Assembly: GCA_963750165.1 (NCBI GenBank)
Contig: CAVVPN010000004.1
Location: forward strand, 416,001 to 480,000
DNA: 64,000 nt
Source of the DNA: an uncultured Gemmataceae bacterium
Lineage (GTDB): Bacteria; Planctomycetota; Planctomycetia; Gemmatales; Gemmataceae
Reading direction: 5' to 3'
Shown: positions 21,001-28,378 of the stretch, piece by piece
How the letters are laid out: the number at the start of each line of letters is the position of its first letter
Numbering within the stretch: position 1 is the first letter of the stretch
The notes under the pieces: model-generated
What the model was told of the DNA's origin: nothing
The model's database searches: none
What the model saw: only the letters and a program-made list of their open reading frames with translations
Made by a program: the position numbers and the translations under genes

Positions 21001-24000
21001 TCGGGCATCGGCGGCACCGGGGCGCTGGAGAACGTCAGCGGCGCCAACGTCTGGGACGGCCCGGTCGTGCTGGCCCAGGATCCGGGTTTCTCGCCGTCCA
21101 GCGTGCCAGCCGCCACCGTGGCCGTGGGCGCGCTGAACACCCACGTCGGCGACCAGCTGACCATCAGCGGCGTCGTCAGCCAGGACACCGGCCTGGCGAT
21201 GGGCGTGACCAAGGTCGGCCCGGGCAAGGTCGTGCTGACGGGCGCCAACACCTACGGGTCGCTGACCACGGTGGCGCAGGGCACGCTGAACGTCCAGAAC
21301 GCGACCGCCCTGGGCCTGTCCGGCCCCGGCGTGGCCCCGACCAGCCCGCTGGTCGAGGACTACACGTTCCAGAACAGCTACGCCGACACCGTTGACCCGA
21401 CCGACAACCCGAGCCTGTCGCCCAACGGCGGCACGCTGAACGCCACCAACTACACGTTCCTCACCGGCCAGGGCCTCAGCCTGAGCGACGGTCTGCCGGC
21501 GCCCGACAACTACTCCATCGAGATGCTGTTCAACCTGACCGCCCTGTCCGGCCTGGAGAGCCTGATTGACTTCCAGAACGGCACGGTGGCGACGGGCCTG
21601 TACACGCTCGACGGGGCGCTCCACTTCGAGAACACGGCCACCGGCCCGGCAAACGTGCTGACCGCCGGCACCAACGCCGATGTCGTCATCACCCGCAGCA
21701 GCGCCACCAACCAGTTCGTTTGCTACCTCAACGGCGTGCAGCAGTTCAGCTTCATCGACAACAACGACCTGGCGGTCTTCAACGGGCCGGGCAACATCAT
21801 CAACTTCTTCCAGAATGAGTTTGAACTCAGCGAGGCGTCGGGCGGCGTCGTGAGCCAGATTCAGATCTTCAGCGCCCCGCTGAGCCCGACCCAGGTGGCG
21901 GCGATGGCGGCGGTCCAGCCCATCACCGTGACCGGCACGGCGGGCACCTTCACGCTGACCTACAACGGCCAGACCACGCCGGCCCTGGCCTATAACGCCA
22001 CCGCGGCCCAGGTGCAGACCGCCCTGAACGCGCTGTCCAGCATTGGCGGAGCCGGCGGCTCCGTGACCGTCAGCCAGTCCGCCAACGTCTACACGGTGAC
22101 GTTCGGCGGCAGCCTGTTCGCCTCATACCAGCCGCAGATCACCGCTGCGGCGGCCGGCGGCGCCACCGTGGTCGCGGGCACCCTCGCCAGCGGGGCCATC
22201 GTTGTCGCCCCCACGTCCACGGGCACGGTTGTGCAGTCCGGGGCCGCCCTGGAGCTGCAGAACGCCGCCGGTATGACCGTCGCCAGCGAGGATCTGACGC
22301 TCAACGGCAGCGGCATCAACAACGGCGGTGCGCTGCGGAACGTTGGCGGCAACAACATCTGGGGCGGCAGCGTCACGCTGCAGACCAACTCTGCCATCGG
22401 CGTCGCGTCCGGTACGCAGTTGACCGTCACGGGCCAGGTGCAGGATCCGAGCCCGCTGGCCTACCCGGTCGCCAACCTCACCAAGGTCGATACCGGCACG
22501 TTGGTCTTCCCCAACGCCAACAGCTACAACGGCACGACGACCGTCAGCGCGGGCGTGCTGAACGTCCAGAACGCGGCGTCGCTGGGCGGCGCTGTCGCCG
22601 AGGTGCAGACCGTCACCCTCGGCGGCACCGCCACGGGCACGTTCACGCTGACCTTCGGCGGCCAGACGACCGCGGCCCTGGCCTACAACTCGACGGCGGC
22701 CCAGGTGCAGACGGCCCTGAACGGACTGTCCAGTATCTCCAGCGTTGGCACGGTGAGCGTCACGCTGACCGGCACCACCTACACCGTCACCTTCGGCGGC
22801 GGTTTCCTGGGCCAGACCGGCCTGCCGCTGCTGACCGCCGCCGGCGCCGGCGGCACGACCACCACGGTCGCCGAGGTGACAGTCGGCCAGGCCGCCACCA
22901 GCAACAGCGAGGTGCAGACGCTCACCCTGGGCGGGGCCGCCACGGGCACGTTCACGCTGAATTTCAACAACCAGATTACCGCGGCCCTGCCGTACAACAC
23001 ACCAGCGTCCGGCGGCACCGGAGCGACCGCCAGCGTGCAGAACGCGCTGAACGCGCTGACCACCATCGGCAGCATCGGCGGCACCGTGACCGTGACGCAG
23101 GTCGGCAGCGTCTACACCATCACCTTCGGCGGCAGCCTGGCCCTGACAGACTTGCCGCTGATTATCGCCACTGGCCTGAGCGGTACGACCGCGACGATGG
23201 CGCTGACGACGGCCGGCTCGGGCGGCACCGTGGTTAGCGCCGGCGCCACCCTGCAACTGGATGGCAACTTCACGTCGCAGAAAGCCCTGTCGCTGGCCGG
23301 TACTCTGGAGAACGTCAGCGGCACCACGCACACCTGGGCCCAGCCGATCACCCTGACCGGCAACGCCAAGGTCGCCGTGGACGGCGCCGCCGACACGCTG
23401 ACGTTGAGCAACGCCATCGGCCAGAGCGGCGGCAGCCAGGGCCTGACCCTGACCGGTCCCGGCACCGTGGCCATGACCGGCACCACGGCCAACACGTACA
23501 ACGGCCTGACACAGGTCAACCAGGGCACCCTGTTGCTCAACGTGACCGGCGCGACCGCCATCGCCGGCGGCCTCACCATCGGCAACAGCCAGCCCAACGC
23601 CGCGCTGGTGCAGGAAGTGCAGGGCAACCAGATCGCCGACACGTCCACGGTTACCGTCAACAGCAACGGCACCTTCGCCCTGAACGGCCAGACGGACACC
23701 ATCGGCGCCCTGGTCATCACCGACGGCCTGGCCCAAACGGGCAGCGGCGGTCAGTTGACGGCCGCGTCGCTGGGCATGACCGGCGGCACCCTGACTGTGA
23801 CCAACCCGGCCAGCACCGTGACGCTGGGCGGCCCCGTGACGGCCACCTCGGACGCCACCGGCAGCGCCACCGTCAACGGCCTCGGCACGCTGGCGCTGGG
23901 CGGCGTCAGCCGCACCTTCACGGTCAACGCCGGCCCGGCCAACTTCGACCTGGTCGTCTCGACGCCGATCACTGGCACCGGCACCGCTGGCCTGACCAAG

Positions 24001-27000
24001 GCGGGCACTGGCAGCCTGGAACTGTCCGCCGCCGAGACCTACCCCGGCACGACGACGGTGCAAGGCGGCAAACTGCTCGTGGATGGTAACGTCGCCGCCG
24101 TCTCGCTGTCCGGCGGCACGCTGGGCGGTACCGGCACGGTCGGGGCCGTCACGGCGGCGGCCGCCGGCGGTACGCTGGAGCCGGGCACCCTGGCCGCCGG
24201 GGCGTTCAGCCCGGGCGTGTTGACGGCGACCGGCAACACGACGCTCAACGCCGCCTCCACGTACCAGGTGCTGCTCGGCGGTGCCACCGCCGGCACGGGC
24301 GCAGGCTTCTACAACCAGCTCAACGTCACCGGCAGCGTGAACCTGAACAACGCCAACCTGGCGGTGTCCGCGGTGGGCGGTTACGCGCCGACCATCGGCA
24401 CGTCGTTCGTCATCATGACGGCGACGGGCGGCTTCACGAACGGTTTCAGCAACCACCTGAGCGGCCAGCCGACCAACTTCATCAGCAACGGGATGAAGTA
24501 CAGCGCCACGGTCAACAACTCGGTCAGCCCGGCACAGCTCGTGCTGCAGCGCATCAAGAGCGGCACCACCACGGTCATCACGCAGGTGAGCCCGGCCAGT
24601 CCGTCGCCCTTCGGCACCCAGGTGACCTTCACCGCCACCGTGAGCCCCGAGGCGGGCCTGACGGCGTCGTTCACGGGCGTCGTCACCTTCATCCTGGACG
24701 GCAGCATTGTCCTGGGCACCGGCATGCCCAACGGCAGCGGCGTGGCCAGTTACCAAACGGCGGTCGGCCAGCTGCCCGGCGGCTCGCACACCATCACGGC
24801 CGTCTACGACCAGACCGGCGCCGACCCGTTCTTCGCCACCAGCACCTCGGCTGGTGTCAGCTACACCGTCTCCAAGGTCACGACCACGACGGCCTTCACC
24901 GCGGCCACGCCGACGAGTTCGATCTTCGGGCCACCGATGACCTTCACAGCCACGGTGGCGCCCACCATCGGCACCGTCGAGCCGACGGGCATGATCAGCT
25001 TCTACGATGGCGTGGTTAATGCCGCCCACCTGCTCGGCAGCGGCACCCTGGCCGACGCTGGCGGCACCGCCACCGCCAGCTACGCCACCACGGCCGGGCA
25101 GCTGACCGGCGGCAGCCACACCATCATTGCCGTCTACACCCCGGCCGTGACGGACACCACCTTCAACGCCAGCCAGTCCACCGGCCTGGCCTTCACGGTC
25201 ACCAAGGCGGCGACCACGACGACCGTTACCGGCGTGACTCCGGCGAGCCCGGCCTTCGGCACGGCGGACACGCTCACCGCCACGGTCACGCCGACCTACG
25301 GCACGACCGAGCCGACGGGCACAGTCAGCTTCTACGACGGCAGCGTCAGCGCCGCGCACCTGCTCGGCTCCGGCACTCTGGCCAACAGCGGCGGCACCGC
25401 CACCGCGACCACCCAGACCACGGCCGTGCAGCTGATCGGCGGCAGCCACACCATCATCGCGGTCTACACCCCGGCCGTGGCGCCGGCCACGCCGGAGGTC
25501 AACTACACCGGCAGCCAGTCCACCGGGTTCCCCCTCACCATCGCGACGCACACGACCACGACCGCCTTCGCCGCCACCACGCCGACGAGCGCGAAGTTCG
25601 GCCAGGCGGTGACCTTCACGGCCACTGTGACGCCCACCCTGAGCGGCGTCGAACCGACCGGCACGGTTGCCTTCTACGATGGCGTCGTCGATGTCGCCCA
25701 CCTGCTCGGCAGCGGCACTCTGGCCAACGCCAGCGGCACCGCCACCGTCAGCACCACCACCACGGCGACCCAGCTGGCGGTCGGGTCGCACACCATCATC
25801 GCGGTCTACACCCCGGCCGGCACGGAGGTCAACTTCAGCGGCAGCCAGTCGGCCAACTACGCCTTCTCGGTAGGCCAAAGTAGCTCCACGACCACCGTCA
25901 CGCTGTCCAACCACAACCCCGCCGCCCTGGGGCAGGCGGTGACGTTCACGGCCACGGTGACCGGCTCGGTGTCCGGCGTGGCGCCGGCGAACGGCACCAA
26001 CACCGTGACGTTCAAGGACGGCAACACCGTCCTGGGCCAGGCCAACCTCAGCAGCGGCGTTGCCACCTTCACCACCACCGCCAGCCAGTTGACGGCGGGC
26101 AGCCACACCATCACCGCCATCTGGACCGGCGACACCAACTACACCGCCAGCACCTCGGCCGGCTTCAGCCAGACGATCAACGTGGGCACGGCCACGACGG
26201 CCATCACGTCCAACACGCCCAACCCGGCCAACTACGGCCAGCAAACGGTGACCTTCACCGCGCAGGTGACAGGCACGATCACCGGCTTCACGCCGACGGC
26301 CGGGACGGTGGTCACGTTCAAGGACGGCGCCACGACGCTGGGCACCGGCATGCTCAACAGCAGCGGCGTCGCCACCTTCACCACCACCTCGTCCACGCAA
26401 CTGACGGCGGGCAGCCATGCCATCACCGCCGTCTGGGCCGGCGATGTCAACTACGGCTCCAGCACCTCGCCGGGCGCGGCCGAGACGGTCAACAAGGCCG
26501 ACAGCACCACGACGCTGGCCACGAACAACGCGAACGCCGGCTACGGTGTGGCGATCATCACTGCCACCGTGGCGCCGGTCACCGGCGTCAGCGGCGTACC
26601 GGACGGCACCGTGACCTTCACCGCGACCAACACGGCGACCATGGCCGTGACCACCGCGACCGCGACGCTGAGCGGCGGCGTGGCCACCTGGCCGGCGAGC
26701 CAGCCGCTGGTCCCGGGCAGCTACACCATCTCGGCGGCGTTTAGCGGCGCCAGCAGCGTCAACTTCAACGGCAGTGCGTCCCACACCATCAACCAGACCG
26801 TCATCACAGCCGTCACAACGACAACAGTCACGTCCAGCGTCAACCCGTCGCAACTGGGTCAGCTGGTGACGTTCACGGCGACGGTTTCCACCGGCGGCTC
26901 GGCCGCCCCGGTCGGCTCCGTCAACTTCGTCATCGACGGCACGACCGTGGCCAGCGGCGTCAGCCTCAACGGTAGCGGCCAGGCCAAGTACCAGACATTC

Positions 27001-28311
27001 AGCCTGGCCATGACCGGTTCGACGCACAGCGTCCAGGTGGTTTACGGTGGCAGCACCTTCTTCGGCGGCAGCAGCGGCACCCTGACCGGCGGTCAGCTGG
27101 TCGGTAAGGCCAACACCACGGTGACGGTCACGCCGGCCGCCGTCTCCACGGTCTGGGGCCAGACGGCCATGTTCACGGCCACGGTGAGCGGCTCGACCTC
27201 GGTGGGCACGCCGACCGGCTCGTTCACCTTCTCCGTGGACGGCGCTTCCCAGGTCACCGTGCCGGTCAACAGCTTCGGCCAGGCAACGTTCAGCACGGCC
27301 GCCCTGACCGTCGGCGGTCGCCAGATCACTGCCGCCTACAGCGGCGACAACCTGTACAACACCAGCAGCGGTTCAGTGGGCTTCACGGTGAATCTGGCCG
27401 CCACGACCACGACGCTGAAGATGAATGCCACGGCTGCCATCGGCGCAGCGGTGCCGTTCTCAGTCACGGTGGCCCCGGTGGCGCCGGGCGCTGGCGTGAC
27501 CACGGGCATGGTGTCGATCTACGTGAATGGCGTCCAGGTGGCGCAGGCCGGGCTGAACAACGGCGTGGCCAGCGGCACTCTGCCGGGTCTCGCCGCCGGC
27601 AGCGACACGGTGTTCGCCGCCTACACGCTCGGCGACGCCCACTTCGTCGGCAGCAACAGCGCCGTGCAGTCGCTGTCGGTCCTGAGCGGCAACCAGCTGT
27701 TCGTGGCCCAGGCGTACCTGGACCTGCTGCAACGGCCGGCGGACCCGAACGGCCTGGCAGGCTGGTCGAACCAGCTCAATGCCGGCCTGATGACGCGCAC
27801 GCAGGTGGCCCAGGCGCTGATGAACAGCGACGAGTACCGCATGCTGAAGATCAACCAGCTGTACCAGAAGTACCTGTCGCGGCCGGCGGACCCGAATGGG
27901 TTGAGCGGCTACCTCAGCTTCGTGAAGGCCGGCGGCACCTATGAACAGGTGGCGGCCTACCTGATCGGCTCGCCTGAGTATTTCAACGGTCACGGCGGCG
28001 GCAGTAACGACGGCTTCGTGAAGGCGCTGTACGAGGACGCGCTGGGCCGGCCGGTCGATGCACCGTCGGAGGCCTACTGGGACCAGGTGCTCTCGCTGCA
28101 TGTGCAGACCAGCCAGATCGCCACCGTCATCCTGTCCAGCCAGGAATACTACACCGACCTGGTGATGGGCTTCTACCAGACCTTCCTGCACCGGGCCGCG
28201 GACGCCATCGGCCTGAACGGTTACGTGAAGTACCTGCAGTCCGGCGGCCGCGACGAGACCGTTATCTCCATCCTGGTCGGCTCGCCCGAGTACATGAGCC
28301 ACCTGGCGTAA
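12061..28311 (+). CDS. Giant (~5,416 aa) secreted/surface repetitive protein, probable adhesin
   Basis: It has an N-terminal planctomycete leader RLALEQLETRVTPA, autotransporter-associated beta-strand repeats (LTKxGxGxLxLxGxNTY) and ~12 copies of a ~95-aa 'GTFTLTFNGQTTxALAYNATAAQVQTALNAL' module. It also has BNR/Asp-box repeats (SxDGGxTW), a LamG-like segment, 10 Ig-like (Big_3-type) repeats and four C-terminal DUF4214-like repeats. Confidence 0.9.
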   Translation: MRPLSWARWLRSLFTRPTTPFRRTSHRLALEQLETRVTPATHTWSGGGGALNTAWTSTANWRDGVPSAGDDLVFPATATAFNATNDFSVGTVFNSITISGSNYTLSGNSITLGNPVTSGSGFLTVNGGATGEVLSLNIQFGGSANGQQIFTVNAGSNITLAGQLSGPSGYQLTKEGTGTLTLSGDNSSFAGPISIDNNAGILAITNANALGAGTNSTTVGSGSQLQVVNASGAIPENLLLNGLGPINDGALLNVAGNNTWTGNVTLDSTAALGSNAGSLTIAGTISDAGAGLGLSKEGVGQIIFAHDNTYRGTTTIDNGVLTIETPLGLGTADSGTVVNNTSGGSGTLQLNDPSGIGFTVLNEQVTLNGSGSGGLGALQNVSGNNQWAGSILVGSTAPFGSSASIGAAANTALTVSGVISNPNGAYTLTKVNTGELILNNVNTVTGSFTIAAGVVSVRDSNALGTTSGITVANGAALWLEIDSGLDPHGRNLSNDSVTHNSQELQIADPLTISGTGVGNTGALRSVSGINVYTGAISGTGAIGVDPDPNPKNDNSYFTNDYSLTATGRVSVVGLSKVGTGQLILPTANTINGLTVQQGWVTAQNNLSLGTGPVTVQSGAAVQLKPPAPGINLTLTNTFTLSGNGFSHPFGLINQKGALESLGGNNVIGGGNNNVVFNGNAGIGVVEVDPAYAAVTPSELTITDEIIDGAAAGGFTKLGSRRLNLEGEGSYSGNNIIQEGVVRIQTDSGLGTSSTGTATGPETYANSTTSLGTGNATIQRFVVTGFGTYTLTFNGQTTSALQYNATAAQVQSALNALSNVSGVGGVVSVNESSNVYTVTFAGTFLGYNQPTLTATGSGGTSVAVNVIVAGDGPALELQSQVPQLNGGIPAGLSIWNEALVLSGPGNTTFGDGPLTVYSDDNLWRGPVTLKTSTTFQIPASARLTLDGPVDDASNPAVGGSNLTLTGGGELALAGANTYRGTTYVEQGTLTLENSQALGGTGTAAVQTVTVTGTAGTFTLTFNGQTTALAYNATAAQVQTALNALSTIGGAGGSVTVSQSANVYTVTFGGNLFGFSQSQITAAAAGGATAVTGTLVQGGGGTFVAAGSSVQLEGSLTIAGEPLILEGQGANQASYVPTGWFPLGPAPVNSGQTAGNNSVTGRVTDVVADPTNPNVIYITTAGGGAWKTTDGGVTWKPLFDRAGTGSVSAVQTATVTGTAGTFTLTFNGQTTTALAYNATAAQVQTALNALSTIGGVGGAVTVTLTGSIYSITYGGTLTGGSQPQITGTGAGGATITTATAVQGGGIIANEEQDLSVTGMAGTYTLNFAGQTTAALAYNATAAQIQTALDALSTIGGVGGSVTVLGSNGAFAIGFGGNLGGQALSQIVATGTGGATAAISPFADGYGITLDTQEIDVALASGTYTLSFNGATTPSLPYNATATQVQTALNALPTIGGVGGSVYVVQPPLPVYTITFPTTGNNAGINQPQMTATGTGGASASVTTVTNGSRTNEVQDINVTGGAGSFVLMFGTAGFGGGNATVAIPYGSSAATVQADLNAVRNIQRGGGGGGGGGGSVTVTQSGNDYIVTFTGTMAGSAEQLLTDTATGGAVVATSELTHGGTVVTPEVQRVSVNGTAGTFTITFNGRTTSALAYNASAVQVQTALNALSSISGGGGGGGGGGGGGGAGPVTVTLANAPFFTATFGNSLLGLNVPLMIAAGNAGATVSSVSSGSGVTAGVQAFTINGTGTFTLGFDGATTAVLPAGASAVQVQTALNTLPTVGGVGGSVSVTSSTSPDGTTTYAVTFYDNLSGSGLPQLTVTGDTNVTTTEFPVATGLVQDNPLFIGTITMDPNNPQILYLGTGDTDNSTDSYYGTGIYKSTDGGQTWTLMTDSLGGNPLYGRGVSKIAVGTLNGTAYTFAAVGDGGSGRNEVQTLGFALPPGVQTFTLTFVGPDSTGSIVSDTTGPITWDPTRPNNTNNALVAQDIQAQLMGGTDSSGTVWTGLSNIEGIGATVVVTAPTGGGGGGGGGGGGGGGGGNRNFSIQFESALALTNVQQITTNWPIPTFGVPGIGVGTQVDGGPLKVINGTSGNPGIWSFNATTSTWNNLTSVESMTRATGTSSQSTPNMNPRTPGPDDNFLVSFPQTGTTWSDLALTAGGTLYAALGNSSGNNNNGVFYTNNPTAAVPDWYVGDPTNTGTPPPPTLPDTESMNEFPVPVMSGLPIGNIKIATGGILIDSNGVHGVIYASVAANFGSLVNIYTTIDGGKDWLPVATTPPNYMFSEGGYANAIVAVPGTTTVYVAGYESSGTTHTDQVLVSPDSGTTWIDISVDIAGNGPHTAIHALSLDSQNRVLAATDGGLWRYDPGTGFWTDLTGNLEVSQVNSVATSPTNLNTVYAGLQSNGVAQFNNNLAWTYVDQNPNTLVSGGGAVVVDPQNPNNVYHVETQTGSSAVVRRSTDGGQTWTTVLTTTRTAAPLVMDIVNPDRLVAGGASVEESKNQGTNWTTLTPSDPVTGTSLSNVTGVAVAAYQGTFVEDNDFPWITDQGANTYDPNTIYATDGSSVFVTKDDGTTWKDRTNDLTGLGGISDIVVDPRNRDIVYVVRDVFGAGHVFRSTDAGQDWTDISGNLPNLPTWTLVIDPRQGDPNSAGPTYGNIYVGTDEGVYELPNGSSSWQSVGSALPNVAVHSLDLNLNSNILTAGTYGRGVFQLLLDDGTPDQGALRALSGTSVWTGNVMVAGDPTTNAVAFGSSGSQALPGGLGATSLTIVGTISDLTPGNSPQVNKVGTGSVIFAGANTYGGVTDIQQGVLIVQNKNALGSSAAGTIVDDTVNPNTALELQSDLELEPISLRGNGVSFNGHPTGGLLNVSNNNTYTGTLTLIGNATIGVASGSTLTIGSKANLQGTGTITDGGNNYSLVKELTGTLTLSSANTFGGGMLVSQGVLNVQNGGALGSNGTAASGTTVLDGAQLQLQGGIIITDENLRLSGSGIGGTGALENVSGANVWDGPVVLAQDPGFSPSSVPAATVAVGALNTHVGDQLTISGVVSQDTGLAMGVTKVGPGKVVLTGANTYGSLTTVAQGTLNVQNATALGLSGPGVAPTSPLVEDYTFQNSYADTVDPTDNPSLSPNGGTLNATNYTFLTGQGLSLSDGLPAPDNYSIEMLFNLTALSGLESLIDFQNGTVATGLYTLDGALHFENTATGPANVLTAGTNADVVITRSSATNQFVCYLNGVQQFSFIDNNDLAVFNGPGNIINFFQNEFELSEASGGVVSQIQIFSAPLSPTQVAAMAAVQPITVTGTAGTFTLTYNGQTTPALAYNATAAQVQTALNALSSIGGAGGSVTVSQSANVYTVTFGGSLFASYQPQITAAAAGGATVVAGTLASGAIVVAPTSTGTVVQSGAALELQNAAGMTVASEDLTLNGSGINNGGALRNVGGNNIWGGSVTLQTNSAIGVASGTQLTVTGQVQDPSPLAYPVANLTKVDTGTLVFPNANSYNGTTTVSAGVLNVQNAASLGGAVAEVQTVTLGGTATGTFTLTFGGQTTAALAYNSTAAQVQTALNGLSSISSVGTVSVTLTGTTYTVTFGGGFLGQTGLPLLTAAGAGGTTTTVAEVTVGQAATSNSEVQTLTLGGAATGTFTLNFNNQITAALPYNTPASGGTGATASVQNALNALTTIGSIGGTVTVTQVGSVYTITFGGSLALTDLPLIIATGLSGTTATMALTTAGSGGTVVSAGATLQLDGNFTSQKALSLAGTLENVSGTTHTWAQPITLTGNAKVAVDGAADTLTLSNAIGQSGGSQGLTLTGPGTVAMTGTTANTYNGLTQVNQGTLLLNVTGATAIAGGLTIGNSQPNAALVQEVQGNQIADTSTVTVNSNGTFALNGQTDTIGALVITDGLAQTGSGGQLTAASLGMTGGTLTVTNPASTVTLGGPVTATSDATGSATVNGLGTLALGGVSRTFTVNAGPANFDLVVSTPITGTGTAGLTKAGTGSLELSAAETYPGTTTVQGGKLLVDGNVAAVSLSGGTLGGTGTVGAVTAAAAGGTLEPGTLAAGAFSPGVLTATGNTTLNAASTYQVLLGGATAGTGAGFYNQLNVTGSVNLNNANLAVSAVGGYAPTIGTSFVIMTATGGFTNGFSNHLSGQPTNFISNGMKYSATVNNSVSPAQLVLQRIKSGTTTVITQVSPASPSPFGTQVTFTATVSPEAGLTASFTGVVTFILDGSIVLGTGMPNGSGVASYQTAVGQLPGGSHTITAVYDQTGADPFFATSTSAGVSYTVSKVTTTTAFTAATPTSSIFGPPMTFTATVAPTIGTVEPTGMISFYDGVVNAAHLLGSGTLADAGGTATASYATTAGQLTGGSHTIIAVYTPAVTDTTFNASQSTGLAFTVTKAATTTTVTGVTPASPAFGTADTLTATVTPTYGTTEPTGTVSFYDGSVSAAHLLGSGTLANSGGTATATTQTTAVQLIGGSHTIIAVYTPAVAPATPEVNYTGSQSTGFPLTIATHTTTTAFAATTPTSAKFGQAVTFTATVTPTLSGVEPTGTVAFYDGVVDVAHLLGSGTLANASGTATVSTTTTATQLAVGSHTIIAVYTPAGTEVNFSGSQSANYAFSVGQSSSTTTVTLSNHNPAALGQAVTFTATVTGSVSGVAPANGTNTVTFKDGNTVLGQANLSSGVATFTTTASQLTAGSHTITAIWTGDTNYTASTSAGFSQTINVGTATTAITSNTPNPANYGQQTVTFTAQVTGTITGFTPTAGTVVTFKDGATTLGTGMLNSSGVATFTTTSSTQLTAGSHAITAVWAGDVNYGSSTSPGAAETVNKADSTTTLATNNANAGYGVAIITATVAPVTGVSGVPDGTVTFTATNTATMAVTTATATLSGGVATWPASQPLVPGSYTISAAFSGASSVNFNGSASHTINQTVITAVTTTTVTSSVNPSQLGQLVTFTATVSTGGSAAPVGSVNFVIDGTTVASGVSLNGSGQAKYQTFSLAMTGSTHSVQVVYGGSTFFGGSSGTLTGGQLVGKANTTVTVTPAAVSTVWGQTAMFTATVSGSTSVGTPTGSFTFSVDGASQVTVPVNSFGQATFSTAALTVGGRQITAAYSGDNLYNTSSGSVGFTVNLAATTTTLKMNATAAIGAAVPFSVTVAPVAPGAGVTTGMVSIYVNGVQVAQAGLNNGVASGTLPGLAAGSDTVFAAYTLGDAHFVGSNSAVQSLSVLSGNQLFVAQAYLDLLQRPADPNGLAGWSNQLNAGLMTRTQVAQALMNSDEYRMLKINQLYQKYLSRPADPNGLSGYLSFVKAGGTYEQVAAYLIGSPEYFNGHGGGSNDGFVKALYEDALGRPVDAPSEAYWDQVLSLHVQTSQIATVILSSQEYYTDLVMGFYQTFLHRAADAIGLNGYVKYLQSGGRDETVISILVGSPEYMSHLA

Positions 28312-28328
28312 CGCTCGGCGAGTCGTTT

Positions 28329-28370
28329 CGATTGATCGGTTCGCGCTGGCCAGCGCGAACCGATCAATCG
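28329..28370. terminator. Perfect 42-bp palindrome between convergent genes; probable bidirectional terminator
   Basis: CGATTGATCGGTTCGCGCTGG|CCAGCGCGAACCGATCAATCG. Confidence 0.6.
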
Positions 28371-28378
28371 GGAGAGGA

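Noticed and set aside
15080..22185. Near-identical repeats as a possible DGR template/variable pair
   Set aside because: Both copies are in-frame within one gene, the differences are not adenine-specific, and there is no reverse transcriptase in the window.
11668..28302. Very long minus-strand ORFs opposite the giant gene (e.g. 22123..27027, 19033..21624)
   Set aside because: These are antisense shadows from GC-rich codon bias, with no recognisable motifs. The same applies to 30419..33217 and 40571..44218.
12061..28311. Classical type V autotransporter or RTX call
   Set aside because: There is no C-terminal beta-barrel with a terminal aromatic residue, no Sec signal and no GGxGxD nonapeptide array.
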